From positions 1,674,001-1,738,000 of the forward strand of contig JBNJNM010000015.1 in the NCBI GenBank assembly GCA_052426225.1: a stretch of 64,000 bases of DNA, given 5' to 3'. This DNA comes from Zancudomyces culisetae HAW-14-8 (taxonomy: Eukaryota > Fungi > Kickxellomycota). Under the pieces are notes generated by a model. It made no database searches, had not been told where the DNA came from, and was given only the letters and a program-made list of their open reading frames with translations. Shown here one piece after another: positions 25,522-37,202 of this stretch. Both the position numbers and the translations under genes were made by a program. How positions within the stretch are numbered: position 1 is the first letter of the stretch; every line of letters starts with the position of its first letter.

Positions 25522-28500
25522 CTAGTTAATAGCAAGGGATTGTTGTTTGACCAAACTGGCATATGTTCCTCCCAGTCCTATTAGCGATTCGTGGTTTCCT
25601 TGTTCAATCACCTCGCCACTCTTAAATACGTATATCCAATCCGCGTTCTGAACTGTTGATAATCTGTGTGCCACCGAAATGGTTGTTCTACCAACACTAG
25701 CGTTATCCAGTGCATATTGAACCACCTTCTCTGATTCTGTATCCAGTGCTGATGTAGCTTCATCCAACAATAGAATCTTAGGATTTCTAATCAATGCTCT
25801 TGCAATGGCAATTCTCTGCTTCTGTCCTCCACTCAACATTGATCCTTTACCTCCAACTCTAGTATTATAACCATCTGGTAAATCCATCAACAGATTATGT
25901 ATATTTGCAGCCTTGGCAGCTTGTTGAACCTCAAACTCTGTTGCATCGGGTTTACCATATTTGATATTTTCAGACGCTGAACAATCAAACAAAACGGGTT
26001 CTTGTGATACCAGTGAGGGATGGTCACGTAGTTTATCCAAAGGCCAATCCCGTACATCCACCGAATCAACACTGACAGAACCCTCCAAGACATCATACAA
26101 ACGAAGAATCAGATTGATGATGGTCGATTTTCCAGAGCCTGAAGAGCCAACCAGAGCGATGGTTTGACCAGCATCAGCATTGACATTAACACGTTTGAGA
26201 GCGCGGACGTCAAGGCGAGTGGGGTAGGAGAAAGTGACGTTTTCGGCCTTGACATCACCTTTAAGTTCTGATGGAAGTATTGATTTGGACTTTTCACGCA
26301 GCTCATCAAAGATGGAGATTTTAGGCTCGGTTCCAAATAGCTTTCGAAGTTTATGAGAACTATTCAAGGCCTTTGGAAGCATTCCCAAGGCACCAGAGGT
26401 CTGACCAAGAGCAACAGCAGCGAAAACTACAGCATAAATAGCGTTAAACATTTGTTCGGTAGTGATATGCTCAGCCATCACAAACTTTGCACCGGCAAAG
26501 AAGGCCAAACCGTACACAAGATACAAGGAAGCAGTGGAGAAGGCGTAAAATAGGCCGTTGATATAGAAACCTCTTATTGTGGTCTTGTGTGGGATAATGG
26601 TGTTTCGGGTATAGTTAAGGATAAAGGTGTTTTCACGAGATAGAGAAGTTACAACTCTGATGTTGGTGATGGATTCAGAAGCTTCCTGGGCAATCATTTC
26701 CTCAGCGGATTTGGATTGTTTGACACCACCCATCATAGTCTTGTGTTGTTGTGACTGGGCAAATGCTATGATTGGAACTACAGCAAGAATAACAAGGGTC
26801 AACATCCATGATCTGACAAACGCAATAATTATACCAGCAGTAAGCGATCCAGCGGCGTTGAAAAGGACAGTAAGACCGTCTGAACTGAGTTTGTATACAT
26901 CATCTGGTTCTGAAGCAAGTCTAGAGGTAAGTGCGCCTGATCCGTTGACCTTTTGGTCAAAGTATTCGCTGTCTTGTTTAATGAATTGTGTAAACATGTC
27001 GTGCTTAAGTCTGACACTCATTTTCACTGCGCCTCTTCCAAACAAATACATTCTGGTACCAATTGTGATATAGTTTACAACAGCAAATGCAAGGAACAAG
27101 AGGGAATACATATTGGTTTCTCTCTTTTGTTCTGCCATATCTGTGTTACCAAACGCTGTCAACATCTTTGCAAATACAATAGAGAATGATGGGAATAGGC
27201 CTCCATCAAGGAAAGAGACAATTGCAGCTGGAATAAAGATTTTTGTTTGTTGTGAATACTTTTTAAGCACCCAAATGAAGTCCCCATAAGTTCCAATCTT
27301 CTTATCCTCGTCATTATCCTCACTGTCTACTGATGAAGCACTTACTTCTCCAACTTTACCCTTTGCGTCTGTCATCTTTCTTGTCAATTCCTTTTCTTTC
27401 TTTGTGTCTACTTTTTTCTCAGCTTGATCACCATTTACCTTCTTCAGAGCCTGTGCCTTTACCAATGATGCGTATGCTCCATCCATTTCTACCAATTCAG
27501 CATGAGTTCCTCCCTCTATGATTTTTCCTTTACCAAACACGTATATCATATCTGAATCCTTGATTGTTGATAATCTATGTGCAATTGTAATTGTTGTTCG
27601 GTTTACTGTAGATTTATCCAGAGCATCCTGAACCAATCTCTCGGATTCTGTATCCAGTGCTGATGTGGCTTCATCCAACAACAATATCTTAGGGTTTCTT
27701 ATCAATGCTCTTGCAATTGCTATCCTCTGTTTTTGACCTCCTGATAACAGTGCACCTCGTTCTCCGACCAATGTTTCATACTTTTGTGGAAGTGTCATAA
27801 TGAAGTCGTGTATATTTGCTCCTTTACATGCTTCTTCAACATCTGCTTGTGTTGGTGGGTTGTTTTCATAGTCCTTTGCTCCCCACTTGATGTTTTGTGC
27901 TATACTTACTCCAAATAGTACTGGCTCTTGACTCACCAATCCCATGTTTTGGCGCAGACTTCGTACATTGTATTCTCTGATATCTTTTCCATCAATCAAC
28001 ACACTCCCTTCCAAACAGTCATACAATCTCTGAATCAACGCGATGGTTGTTGATTTTCCACATCCTGATTCTCCTACAAATGCTACCTTCTGTCCTGGTT
28101 TTACCTTTAGACTGACGTTATCGAGTACCTTTATTTTAGGTCGAGTAGGATACTTGAATGTGGAGTTCCTAAATTCAATTTCACCTTTGATACCGTCAGC
28201 AGAGTCACCATTTACAAGATCTGTAGCATCAATCTTAGATTTCTTATCAATAACCTTGAAGACGTCGGGAGCAGCACCTCTGGCTGACGCAATTGCTGAG
28301 ATACTTGGAGCGGCACCACTCAAACTGAATCCTCCAATCATCAGTGCAAAGAATACGTTTAGGACCTTTGATGGTGAGGCTTCTCCATCTCTAATCAATT
28401 TGGCTCCATACCAAAATCCAAGCGAGTAAAGTGCGTATATGAAGAAAAAGATTACACCAACTCCCAGCGCAAAGATCATGGTCTTTTTCATGCCCACTTT

Positions 28501-29472
28501 GTGTCCTTTGCTCAGCTTGTCAGAGTATCTTTCAATCTCTCTTTCCTGTGCGTTGAATGACATAACAGTACGCATGCTTGACAATACTTCAGTTGCCACG
28601 GCTCCTGCTTCTGCATACGCTTCCTGAACCATATTTGTTAGTTTACCAATATTTGCTCCCATTAATCCTGCAGAAACAATCAACAATGGCATCACTGCCA
28701 ATACAACCAAGGCCATCTTCCAACCTCTAATAAACGCCAATACAAATCCACCAAAGAAGGTTGTCAAGTATTGAATAATAAATCCTGACTTTTCGTTGAT
28801 TCCTTCTTGGATCAATGAAATATCAGATGACATTCTTGTTGTTAGATCTCCGGTATTTACAGAGTCAAACCATTCTATCTCCTGACTCATAATGGCTCTG
28901 TAGTATGCCTCTCTCATTCTCTTTGCTTGTTTGGCTGCAGTAGCGTTCCAACATAGATATGTGGCATATGAAACTACATACAATGCTGCTGCCAAGATAC
29001 CAAAGATTTTAACTGTCTTTTTTACCTCACTGTTCAGCAGGTCGTCTGCTTCGGCTTTACTTCCCTCAATAACTAAACTGTTATATGAGATAAATGAACC
29101 CATTATATCCGAGAAAAACACTGTCATCAATGGCATAGATACACCTGTTCCTGCTGAACCAACAACACCAAACAAGATCATCATCTTGTCTAGTGTTGTT
29201 GCAAACCTAAATAGCTGGAAATAACCTATTTGTGGTTTTTGCTCTTTAACCTTCTTGGGCTTTTTAAAAAAGCCTTTGAATCCTTTAGGCTTTTCCTCTT
29301 CTTCCTCCTCCTTGGATTCTTTTTTCTCGTGAGCACCGACCAACATGCCACCGAGCTCCTTTCCTTCACTGTTCAAAATGTGCTGGATTTGATCATCCAT
29401 ATCCTTGCTATCAGCTGTACTACCCTGCACTGTTTCGGCCCTGCTGGGTACTCCCTTTTCGTTAATACTCAT
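25522..29472 (-). CDS. Full-length ABCB/MDR (P-glycoprotein-like) transporter
   Basis: TMD-NBD-TMD-NBD; Walker A GESGCGKST and GSSGSGKST; two LSGGQKQRIAIARAL signatures; ILLLDEATSALD twice. Intronless, 1316 aa. Confidence 0.96.
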   Translation of the reverse strand: MSINEKGVPSRAETVQGSTADSKDMDDQIQHILNSEGKELGGMLVGAHEKKESKEEEEEEKPKGFKGFFKKPKKVKEQKPQIGYFQLFRFATTLDKMMILFGVVGSAGTGVSMPLMTVFFSDIMGSFISYNSLVIEGSKAEADDLLNSEVKKTVKIFGILAAALYVVSYATYLCWNATAAKQAKRMREAYYRAIMSQEIEWFDSVNTGDLTTRMSSDISLIQEGINEKSGFIIQYLTTFFGGFVLAFIRGWKMALVVLAVMPLLIVSAGLMGANIGKLTNMVQEAYAEAGAVATEVLSSMRTVMSFNAQEREIERYSDKLSKGHKVGMKKTMIFALGVGVIFFFIYALYSLGFWYGAKLIRDGEASPSKVLNVFFALMIGGFSLSGAAPSISAIASARGAAPDVFKVIDKKSKIDATDLVNGDSADGIKGEIEFRNSTFKYPTRPKIKVLDNVSLKVKPGQKVAFVGESGCGKSTTIALIQRLYDCLEGSVLIDGKDIREYNVRSLRQNMGLVSQEPVLFGVSIAQNIKWGAKDYENNPPTQADVEEACKGANIHDFIMTLPQKYETLVGERGALLSGGQKQRIAIARALIRNPKILLLDEATSALDTESERLVQDALDKSTVNRTTITIAHRLSTIKDSDMIYVFGKGKIIEGGTHAELVEMDGAYASLVKAQALKKVNGDQAEKKVDTKKEKELTRKMTDAKGKVGEVSASSVDSEDNDEDKKIGTYGDFIWVLKKYSQQTKIFIPAAIVSFLDGGLFPSFSIVFAKMLTAFGNTDMAEQKRETNMYSLLFLAFAVVNYITIGTRMYLFGRGAVKMSVRLKHDMFTQFIKQDSEYFDQKVNGSGALTSRLASEPDDVYKLSSDGLTVLFNAAGSLTAGIIIAFVRSWMLTLVILAVVPIIAFAQSQQHKTMMGGVKQSKSAEEMIAQEASESITNIRVVTSLSRENTFILNYTRNTIIPHKTTIRGFYINGLFYAFSTASLYLVYGLAFFAGAKFVMAEHITTEQMFNAIYAVVFAAVALGQTSGALGMLPKALNSSHKLRKLFGTEPKISIFDELREKSKSILPSELKGDVKAENVTFSYPTRLDVRALKRVNVNADAGQTIALVGSSGSGKSTIINLILRLYDVLEGSVSVDSVDVRDWPLDKLRDHPSLVSQEPVLFDCSASENIKYGKPDATEFEVQQAAKAANIHNLLMDLPDGYNTRVGGKGSMLSGGQKQRIAIARALIRNPKILLLDEATSALDTESEKVVQYALDNASVGRTTISVAHRLSTVQNADWIYVFKSGEVIEQGNHESLIGLGGTYASLVKQQSLAIN

Positions 29473-32400
29473 TATTCTTTAAATTAGCGAATCAGCGTTG
29501 AGTTTTATTGTTATTTTCCTAATGTTCCTTATTTGTAGAGGAAGGGGGGGGGGTGGTGATGGTAATATTTCCAGAATTATTGTTAACCTTTCAAGTTCAG
29601 CTTCTCTAAGTTTTTGTAAGCAGAATCTATCTTGGTAGCGCTTAATCTGGCTAAATTTACAAAATAATCTAAAATATCTCCTTTTAAAACCAGACAAAGA
29701 TATATATATTTATATTTATACCAGAGTCAAGGTATTTTGTTTGACTAGAGTTTTTATTTACTAGACACAAACAATAGGGGTTTTGAAAAGCTTTCTTCGT
29801 TTCGGACCTATACTACGATAAATCAACTGTTGCTCTAGATACTTTAATAATATAATATAATATTATTGAGTCTTGTTGGTACAATGACTTTGACGGAAAA
29901 CGTTGCCTCTATATATACTCAGCATTGCGCTGATGAAAAAACTTTTTTTTGCTTACACTCTTGGCATGTTTTTCACATTTTATTTTTATCACAACTCTCT
30001 AAATTAATCTCTCCTCCACTCTACAAACGCTTTAATTATTTGTATTGGAGGATAGATAAATTAATTGGTGAAGATGATGTTTCTCTAACCATAGATGCTC
30101 CTCCTATTCACAAAAAAAAATCCAAAAAAAAATCCAAAATCTATTTGTTGAGGCTTTTCACCATCTATTTTTTTTTAATATAATATTGTTGAGATTTGTT
30201 TACTTAAATAGTACCTTCCAATAGTCAGAATGTATTATATTATTTTTGGGTTTTTTTTTATAAACAACCATCTGCCCTTTATCATTAAATAGCTTTTTAA
30301 ATGGCTATAGCGAATTAATAGGTAAATCGTTTTTGGTGAATAGGCAAAAAAAAATAATTCAAAACACTACTTCGGATATTTTCGTACAGCTTATTCTACC
30401 TTCTTTCATCTTCTTTGCACTTCTAAACCCCCTTGCATTTCCGCGTCAAATCTTTACCAGTTGAAATCACTTGAAAAATAATAAAGCACAAAACTACAAT
30501 GCTCAAGACGATTGCCAACCCTTTTAATGACGTATTGGATATTCAAAAATACATTCGAATTGAAAGTTGCCTTTTGTCTGTGTTATTTACATTTATATTT
30601 GGTTTTCAAATTACAAATTATTTGAAAGCTGTAGTTGCTTTGCAATTATTTATTGGCTAGTTCATACATGTATAAAAATATAAAGATTTTATCTCTTTAA
30701 GTTGTCAATTGGTGATAATATTTGATAATCATTGGGAACCAATTGTGCACGTTTGGATTGCTTGTAGATAATTTAATATAATGTCATAGCAAAATCATAA
30801 AAATATATATAAAAGCAATGACATAGATAAAAGTAAAAGTAGACACAAATACAAATGCAAATGCAAATATAAAAGAAATATTTCAACTGATACATTAATT
30901 GGCACCTGTAACTTTTTAGAGTAAAGATGTAGATTTTTTTTTTGGATATTTGTGGTTCGTCGATTAGTAAATATAAAATTTAACTTCACAAAGAGAATTA
31001 TAGGTTTTTATTGCACAGTAGTGGTATTTATATCTCTAGGAACAACACTACATAAATCCCCACTAAATATCCGATGAGTTTCTAACAGAACATTCTCCGA
31101 GAAAGATGTACAAAGCCGTGAATATGGGAGAAAAAGATCGGTACACACTTGACATTATAACACAAATATTTATCCTTTGCTTTATTAGACGTCCCTTAAA
31201 GCTGGTATACTGAGAAACTGCTCATATTCTCTTATTACCAAGAAAACAATTTTAATCTTATTGCACATCTTAAAAGTAACGCTTATATAATTTACCAAAA
31301 AAAAAGGTAAAAAAATGAAGGATTGTATTGGGTACCCAACCTGATATTTATAAGAATTCATTTTCAAACCAACCGAGAAAATTAGTATTTATTTGCTACT
31401 TGAAACCGTGAATAGAAAAGCTTTAGTAAAAACAACATTGATCTACAGAGAAATCTTATAGAGTGTTATGGAAAAACTATACAATATATCATAATAGAAC
31501 CTTACCCTCCCTTTCCTCTCCCCCGTCCAAAAAAATTTTTATGGTTTACTTTACAAGTCTGCAAGTCCAGATTCATCATAATTTTATAGTTTGGTAAACT
31601 TGCAAACACGGACTAGTCTTATGTAGAGTTATTCAATAGTTCCGTAACTATTCTTCTGAAATGTTGTTGTGTAAGGGAGAATGACAAGGAGAAAAATAAC
31701 ACCTTGTCTTTTTTTATACCTATTTCTACATTAGGGCATTGTACACCTGATATGGATAAGTGATGCCCTATATCCATCATCCATTACTTAATGTCTAATA
31801 TCCATAACCCATAATTTCACACTCACAAAGGCGAAATGGTATATATGCCCAAAACTTAGTTTTAAATCTGCATGTTTCATATAGCCAAAGTTTGTATATA
31901 CTCTATTCTGGAACTTTATTTCAACTTGAACAATATTTTACTGAAAAATACAAAGGAGAATACATCACAAACATTAAAATATGCGATAATCTTATCAAAC
32001 AGCATTATTTTTTGCTTACTAAACAGTTTGCCATATGAAAGATATTTATATTGAATTTGAGCAGCCTTATCACAAGTACAACTATATTTAATATGTCGTT
32101 TTAATTTATTTTGAGGAAACCTAGTTATTGGTGTTTAGGAAGTCAAGTGCAAACCATGTGAAAAAAAAATAGCTGAGCTTAAATCGGGCTCTTTATTTTA
32201 AGGAAAAAGAGACTGTGTTGAAGTATTTCTAGGATGCCAAATACCAAAAACAAAAGCAATAATAATAATAATATACATATTTTTAAAAATGTACCAAATA
32301 GTCCAAGTAAATCGGATAAATGGATACTGGAGTGTGGGTGCTGGAGTGTGAGTACTTAGAGGTGCTATAAGATACATTCCAAAAGAGCGTAGTTGTATAT

Positions 32401-33110
32401 GGATGAATGAATTTGTAGTTTTGCATAAGCATCTCACTTTTCAAAAGTTCTGGCATTTAAAATTAGGACAAAATGGTTAAATATTTGCAATCAATTGTAA
32501 AAAGCAACCTCGGCCAACCAAAAAAAAAACAGAATGAAGTATTTCAAATAAATAGCGCAAAGCCAAACCCATTTCCAGAAGGGAGAGGATTAATAATGAA
32601 TTTCTTGCGGAAAAACCAAGAGAGAAAAAAAAATGGAACTCGGTCACACTCCCAGCCCATATTGTTGAGGATTTATTGGGCAGCAAATGCATTTTCTTGC
32701 AAACAAATCCTATTAGTAATACAAAATTATTTCAACAAGAACGAAGGTTGAAATCAGAAATGTTGCTTCTAATATTCGTAATTTTTATATGTATATTTTT
32801 TTTAGGAGGGTTGGTGGTATTTATTTTTCAAAATCTGACTGAAACAGCCAAGGAAATTGGAAAATAAAGAGGTGAAATAGCTGATAGCTTCAATGGTAAA
32901 AAAAAAAATGCAAAGTACGATAAACTAACCAAATAAATCAAATCAATTAAAGTAATCATAATATTAAGAAAAAGGAGGGCAGAAGTATCTATAAAAAAGA
33001 GAGAAAATACATTACAGCCTGGACCAAGGCAACACTGATATCTTTTTTTCATTTTTCATTTTGACAATTAATACCAGATAGTCAAATAAAAACAGTATAA
33101 AAAATATATC

Positions 33111-34757
33111 ATGAGTATCAAATTGGTATCCAGGGGCAATCTTTTGAAGGGAATACCAAAAATAAGGACAGGCATTCTAGGCTCTCTAAAAGGTCAAATA
33201 AACATTCAAGCTCAACAGCGAGAAGTTATCCGATGTATGACCACCAGCTTTCCGGCTAAAAAAGAAGCAGGTCAGTTGCGAGTACAGAACGCCGATGAGG
33301 AAAGTAAAGAGGCGATAAGGTTTCCATGTATTGATAGGCTGGAAAAGCGCGAAACGGCACTAAAAGTACAACACGAGGAAGTGCAAAGGAATGGTGAATC
33401 TACTAGAGACGAGCTGTTTCTACATGTGGTGTCTGGATATGAAGTCTTTGAGCACAAGGAGGATTTTGTATTAAGTCATGGAGGAAAACTTCCAGGGTTC
33501 AAAGTAGCATATGAGACATGGGGTGAGCTGAACGCAAACAAGGACAATGCGATTCTTCTGCATACGGGTTTATCAGCGTCAAGCCATGCAAAGAGCCACG
33601 CAAAAAATACAAAGGCAGGGTGGTGGGAAGAGTTTATAGGACCAGGTCTGGCAATCGACACAAACAAATACTTTGTGATTTGTACCAATGTTCTAGGGGG
33701 TTGCTATGGATCAACAGGACCAAGCTCAATCAATCCAAAGACAGGAAAGCGGTATGCAACACGTTTTCCAATTCTTACAATAAACGACATGATCCATGCA
33801 CAATTTTTGTTGTTGGATCATTTGGGAATAAACAAACTACACGCCAGTGTTGGGTCAAGTATGGGAGGGATGCAATCGTTGGCAGCTGCGTGTCTATACC
33901 CAGAGCGAGTCGGTAGGCTAATTGCGATTAGCTCGTGTGCGATTTCACATCCGTATTCAATAGCACTACGATTTGCACAACGCCAGGTCCTCCTAAGCGA
34001 TCCACACTTTAACCGAGGCGAATACTATGATGGCATTGTGCCTCATGTAGGGATGAAACTGGCAAGGCAGATCTCCACCATTACATACCGATCTGGGCCT
34101 GAGTGGGAGCAAAGATTTGGTAGACGTAGACAGAACATAGGATCCAAGCCGGCGCTCTGCCCAGATTTTATGATAGAAAGCTACATTGACCACCAAAGCG
34201 AAAAATTCTGCCTAAACTATGACGCCAACTCGTTGTTATATATTTCCAAGGCTATGGATATGTTTGATATCACAAAAAGCAACACCAGCAGACTAGAGCA
34301 GCAGCGAAAAGTCGCTATTGAAAAAGAAAAGAAGGTACAAAAAGAAGAAACAGTTCAGGGCTATGAGCTGGAAGCAAATCCAGATGTAACCACTAATAGC
34401 GACTTTATTAAAAAAGAAAAGGGAGGCGCAGGAGAAGCACACAAAATCAGTGACGAAAAAATACATGTAGAAAACATTGAAAAACTAACAGCGCCCCATG
34501 AAAGCAGATTGGAGCTTGAACACGATCTAATAAAGGGAGTCGAAAACGCGAAAATGCCAGTGTTGATCCTGGGTGTCCAGTCAGACATACTGTTCCCAGT
34601 AGTACAACAAAAAGAAATTGCAGACATCCTGAGAAGAGCCGGAAATACCCAGGTGACATACTACGAGTTAGATTCGATGTATGGCCATGATACGTTTTTG
34701 ATAGACAGAGTCAATGTCGGAGCAGCCGTCAAGGGTCATTTGGAAAATATATTCTAA
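33111..34757 (+). CDS. MetX-family serine O-succinyl/acetyltransferase (Cys2/CysA-like), probable mitochondrial presequence
   Basis: Alpha/beta-hydrolase with LLHTGLSASSHA, GWWE..IGPG, NVLGGCYGSTGP, nucleophile GSSMGG, SDILFP and YGHDTFL. Basic, acid-poor N-terminus. Confidence 0.85.
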   Translation: MSIKLVSRGNLLKGIPKIRTGILGSLKGQINIQAQQREVIRCMTTSFPAKKEAGQLRVQNADEESKEAIRFPCIDRLEKRETALKVQHEEVQRNGESTRDELFLHVVSGYEVFEHKEDFVLSHGGKLPGFKVAYETWGELNANKDNAILLHTGLSASSHAKSHAKNTKAGWWEEFIGPGLAIDTNKYFVICTNVLGGCYGSTGPSSINPKTGKRYATRFPILTINDMIHAQFLLLDHLGINKLHASVGSSMGGMQSLAAACLYPERVGRLIAISSCAISHPYSIALRFAQRQVLLSDPHFNRGEYYDGIVPHVGMKLARQISTITYRSGPEWEQRFGRRRQNIGSKPALCPDFMIESYIDHQSEKFCLNYDANSLLYISKAMDMFDITKSNTSRLEQQRKVAIEKEKKVQKEETVQGYELEANPDVTTNSDFIKKEKGGAGEAHKISDEKIHVENIEKLTAPHESRLELEHDLIKGVENAKMPVLILGVQSDILFPVVQQKEIADILRRAGNTQVTYYELDSMYGHDTFLIDRVNVGAAVKGHLENIF

Positions 34758-36582
34758 TACTCCTCGCCGACATTGTTGTCGTAGTCGTTGATGTCCATGT
34801 TATCCAATAGCTCCTCCAATGGAATTTCTAGATCATTATCGTTTTGACCAACGTTGCTTTCATCGTGGTCTTCTTCCATAAAGTCATTAATATTTTTAGA
34901 TTTATAAATGTTGATTGACTGTCTAAGTTCTGCATCCTCTTCAAGGTCTCGCAAAAACATTTCGTAGTCGTTTTCATTTGTTGCACTAGCTCCACTTTTC
35001 TTGCTTGCTGATTTTGCTCCCATCTGTGCAGCAGCTGCTGGATCGTCACCCACCTCCTTGTTGAGTTGTTTAAGCTCCCATTTTCTTTGTCGTGAATTCT
35101 TTCTTTTGTCAGCATAGCTCTTTTTAACGAGAATAACATCAGGAATATAGCTAGGATCAAGTTTTTCAAAGAAGCGGTTGTTAATGTTGGACATTCCCAA
35201 ATCATAGCCCAACACTGTGTCACCATACTCCAAAATATTTCCCAAATGTGTGCGCACTATCATTTCATTATCGTTTTTGCCAACATCGGACATGCGTTGA
35301 ACTGTAACATCTGCCAAACTGTACTTGCTTCGACCATGGTCGTCAGATACTGGTTCCACATCCAACACATAAAATTCCTTCAAGCTTTTGCTGCTGCTAA
35401 TCGATGCTATCTCCTCTGCTCGCCAAAAGGTTGTTGCGGAGATATCGGCTGTCTGCAACGTGCGGAAATCCATCACCTTGAGTTGTGGCCCTACTTTTAT
35501 GCACAGAACCAGTGGTGAAATCTGTCCCAAACTGCCTGCTACTTTCTTGGTCATACACACAAGATCCCCCTTACACATTGGCACAATCTCCACTGAATAT
35601 GTAAACTTGTAGTTTGATATGCTGGTGTGTATATCGTGTGATATCAACTGCTCTGATGTCTTGGACCGTATAGGAACTATTGACGACAAGAAATCCACCA
35701 TCTTGATTGCTTGGTTACGACTTCCGTATTGGAAATCCAACCCTCCCTTTACCACTTTGATATTTGTTGTGTCAACGTGCATGTTGTGCTTTATAATCAC
35801 CTGTTCCAAATATAAAAATGTTCTTTGGTGATCAACCTTTTGTCGCACTTGTACAGTAGCCTTCCATGTATTCTTAGCCATAATTTTTGTACAGTCTGGG
35901 CATTGTTGGTATCCTACAATGTATTCCACCTCGAACTTTTGTTGAAGAATTGTAGCTGCAAAGACCTAAATTATTTATATTACATTTTAGCTTTGATCCT
36001 TTATATACAAATACTCCATAACATGTCACACTCTCAGAGAAACAAGTTTCAAATAAAATCAAAAGAAAAAATATATATTGGAATTCTGTTTTCTTTTTAC
36101 CTCTTTTTGGATAGTTATACTAATCTTGATTCTTCTAGAATGTGGTTCTGTCCAAACAAAGCTAGCATCAATCAATCGAACCTTTTGCAGACCTTTTAGT
36201 TTCTTAAGACATAAAGATAAAAGCTCTCTGCTTTCCAATTCACATCTCATCCATGATGAAGGTGGAATAAGGTATCTATCACAGTTTCTACAATATTGAA
36301 GTGAAACCTGCTTTGGTATCCCGTCTGTTACATCAACCTGGTTTTGGATACAGTTGACACACATATTTGCGGGATTCGGAGGAATTGGAATTCCACACTC
36401 GCAACATAAACTATTTGATAGCAGAGTACATCGTTATGTTTGTTTATCTTCTTTGTTTACACTTGGCTACGTTTAGTATCTAGAGCAACAGGCTGCAAAA
36501 TTCTTGTAAATGCAAAATTGCCCTAAAATTATCACAATAACACTCACATTAGTTGCTGTCTTGTCTCGGGTACGTAATCCAT
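34754..36582 (-). CDS. NMD3: 60S export adaptor Nmd3 (3 exons: 36582-36548, 36410-36101, 35965-34754)
   Basis: Spliced ILCCECGIPIPPNPANMCVNC, CRNC, RLIDASFVWTEPHSRRIK, QQCPDC, W.ATVQVRQKVDH.RTF.YLEQ, RTHLG, acidic NES-containing tail. Confidence 0.95.
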
Positions 36583-36717
36583 TTTTTCTTCTTCCTATAC
36601 TACCTTTCTCTGCTTCTAAAACTATGCTCTATTATAATTTATAATTTATAATTTATTTTTTTTGTAGTTTAAGATTTTCTCAACCTTAGCACGGGTTTGA
36701 AGGTTATTAATATATAC

Positions 36718-36786
36718 CAAAAAAAATTTTTTTTTCTTTTTTTTGGTTACTAATTCGATTGAGTTGAAGTGGTAAAAAAAATTTTT
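36718..36786. promoter_or_regulatory. Two RRPE-like motifs upstream of NMD3
   Basis: CAAAAAAAATTTTTTTT and TAAAAAAAATTTTT, 135-205 bp upstream of the NMD3 ATG. Confidence 0.4.
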
Positions 36787-37202
36787 GCACTAAATACCTT
36801 GAGAACTTGTTTCATTAGATTAGGGAGAAGGTTGGGGACGTTTTCCAAATTCTCAGAAAATACTGTTAAAAAATAAAATTAAATCAAAGACAAGCATAAT
36901 TCTGGGAGGACTTTAGTTTCGATTTGCTGATTAATAATCAAAATTACCTTTACTGCGCAAATAGTATTACATAAAAATTCTACTTTTCGCCAAAAAAAAT
37001 AAAAAATGCTGCGGTAACTCTTAGTATGGTCTTTGCAAGTTTATTTAGTTGCAGTAATTGAAACCAAACTATTGAGGACCAAAGCTAAAACAATTGCACC
37101 AAACAAGTCAGAATGTCCAGAGCTAGAAAACTCAAGCACAAAGAAAAATAATATCATCTTACAGGCTCAAATGGTTTACTGGGAAACCAGGACGCTGCTG
37201 GC

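Noticed and set aside
25680-27750. DNA-level similarity between two segments of the ABC gene
   Set aside because: Expected internal homology of the NBD1 and NBD2 signature/Walker B regions.
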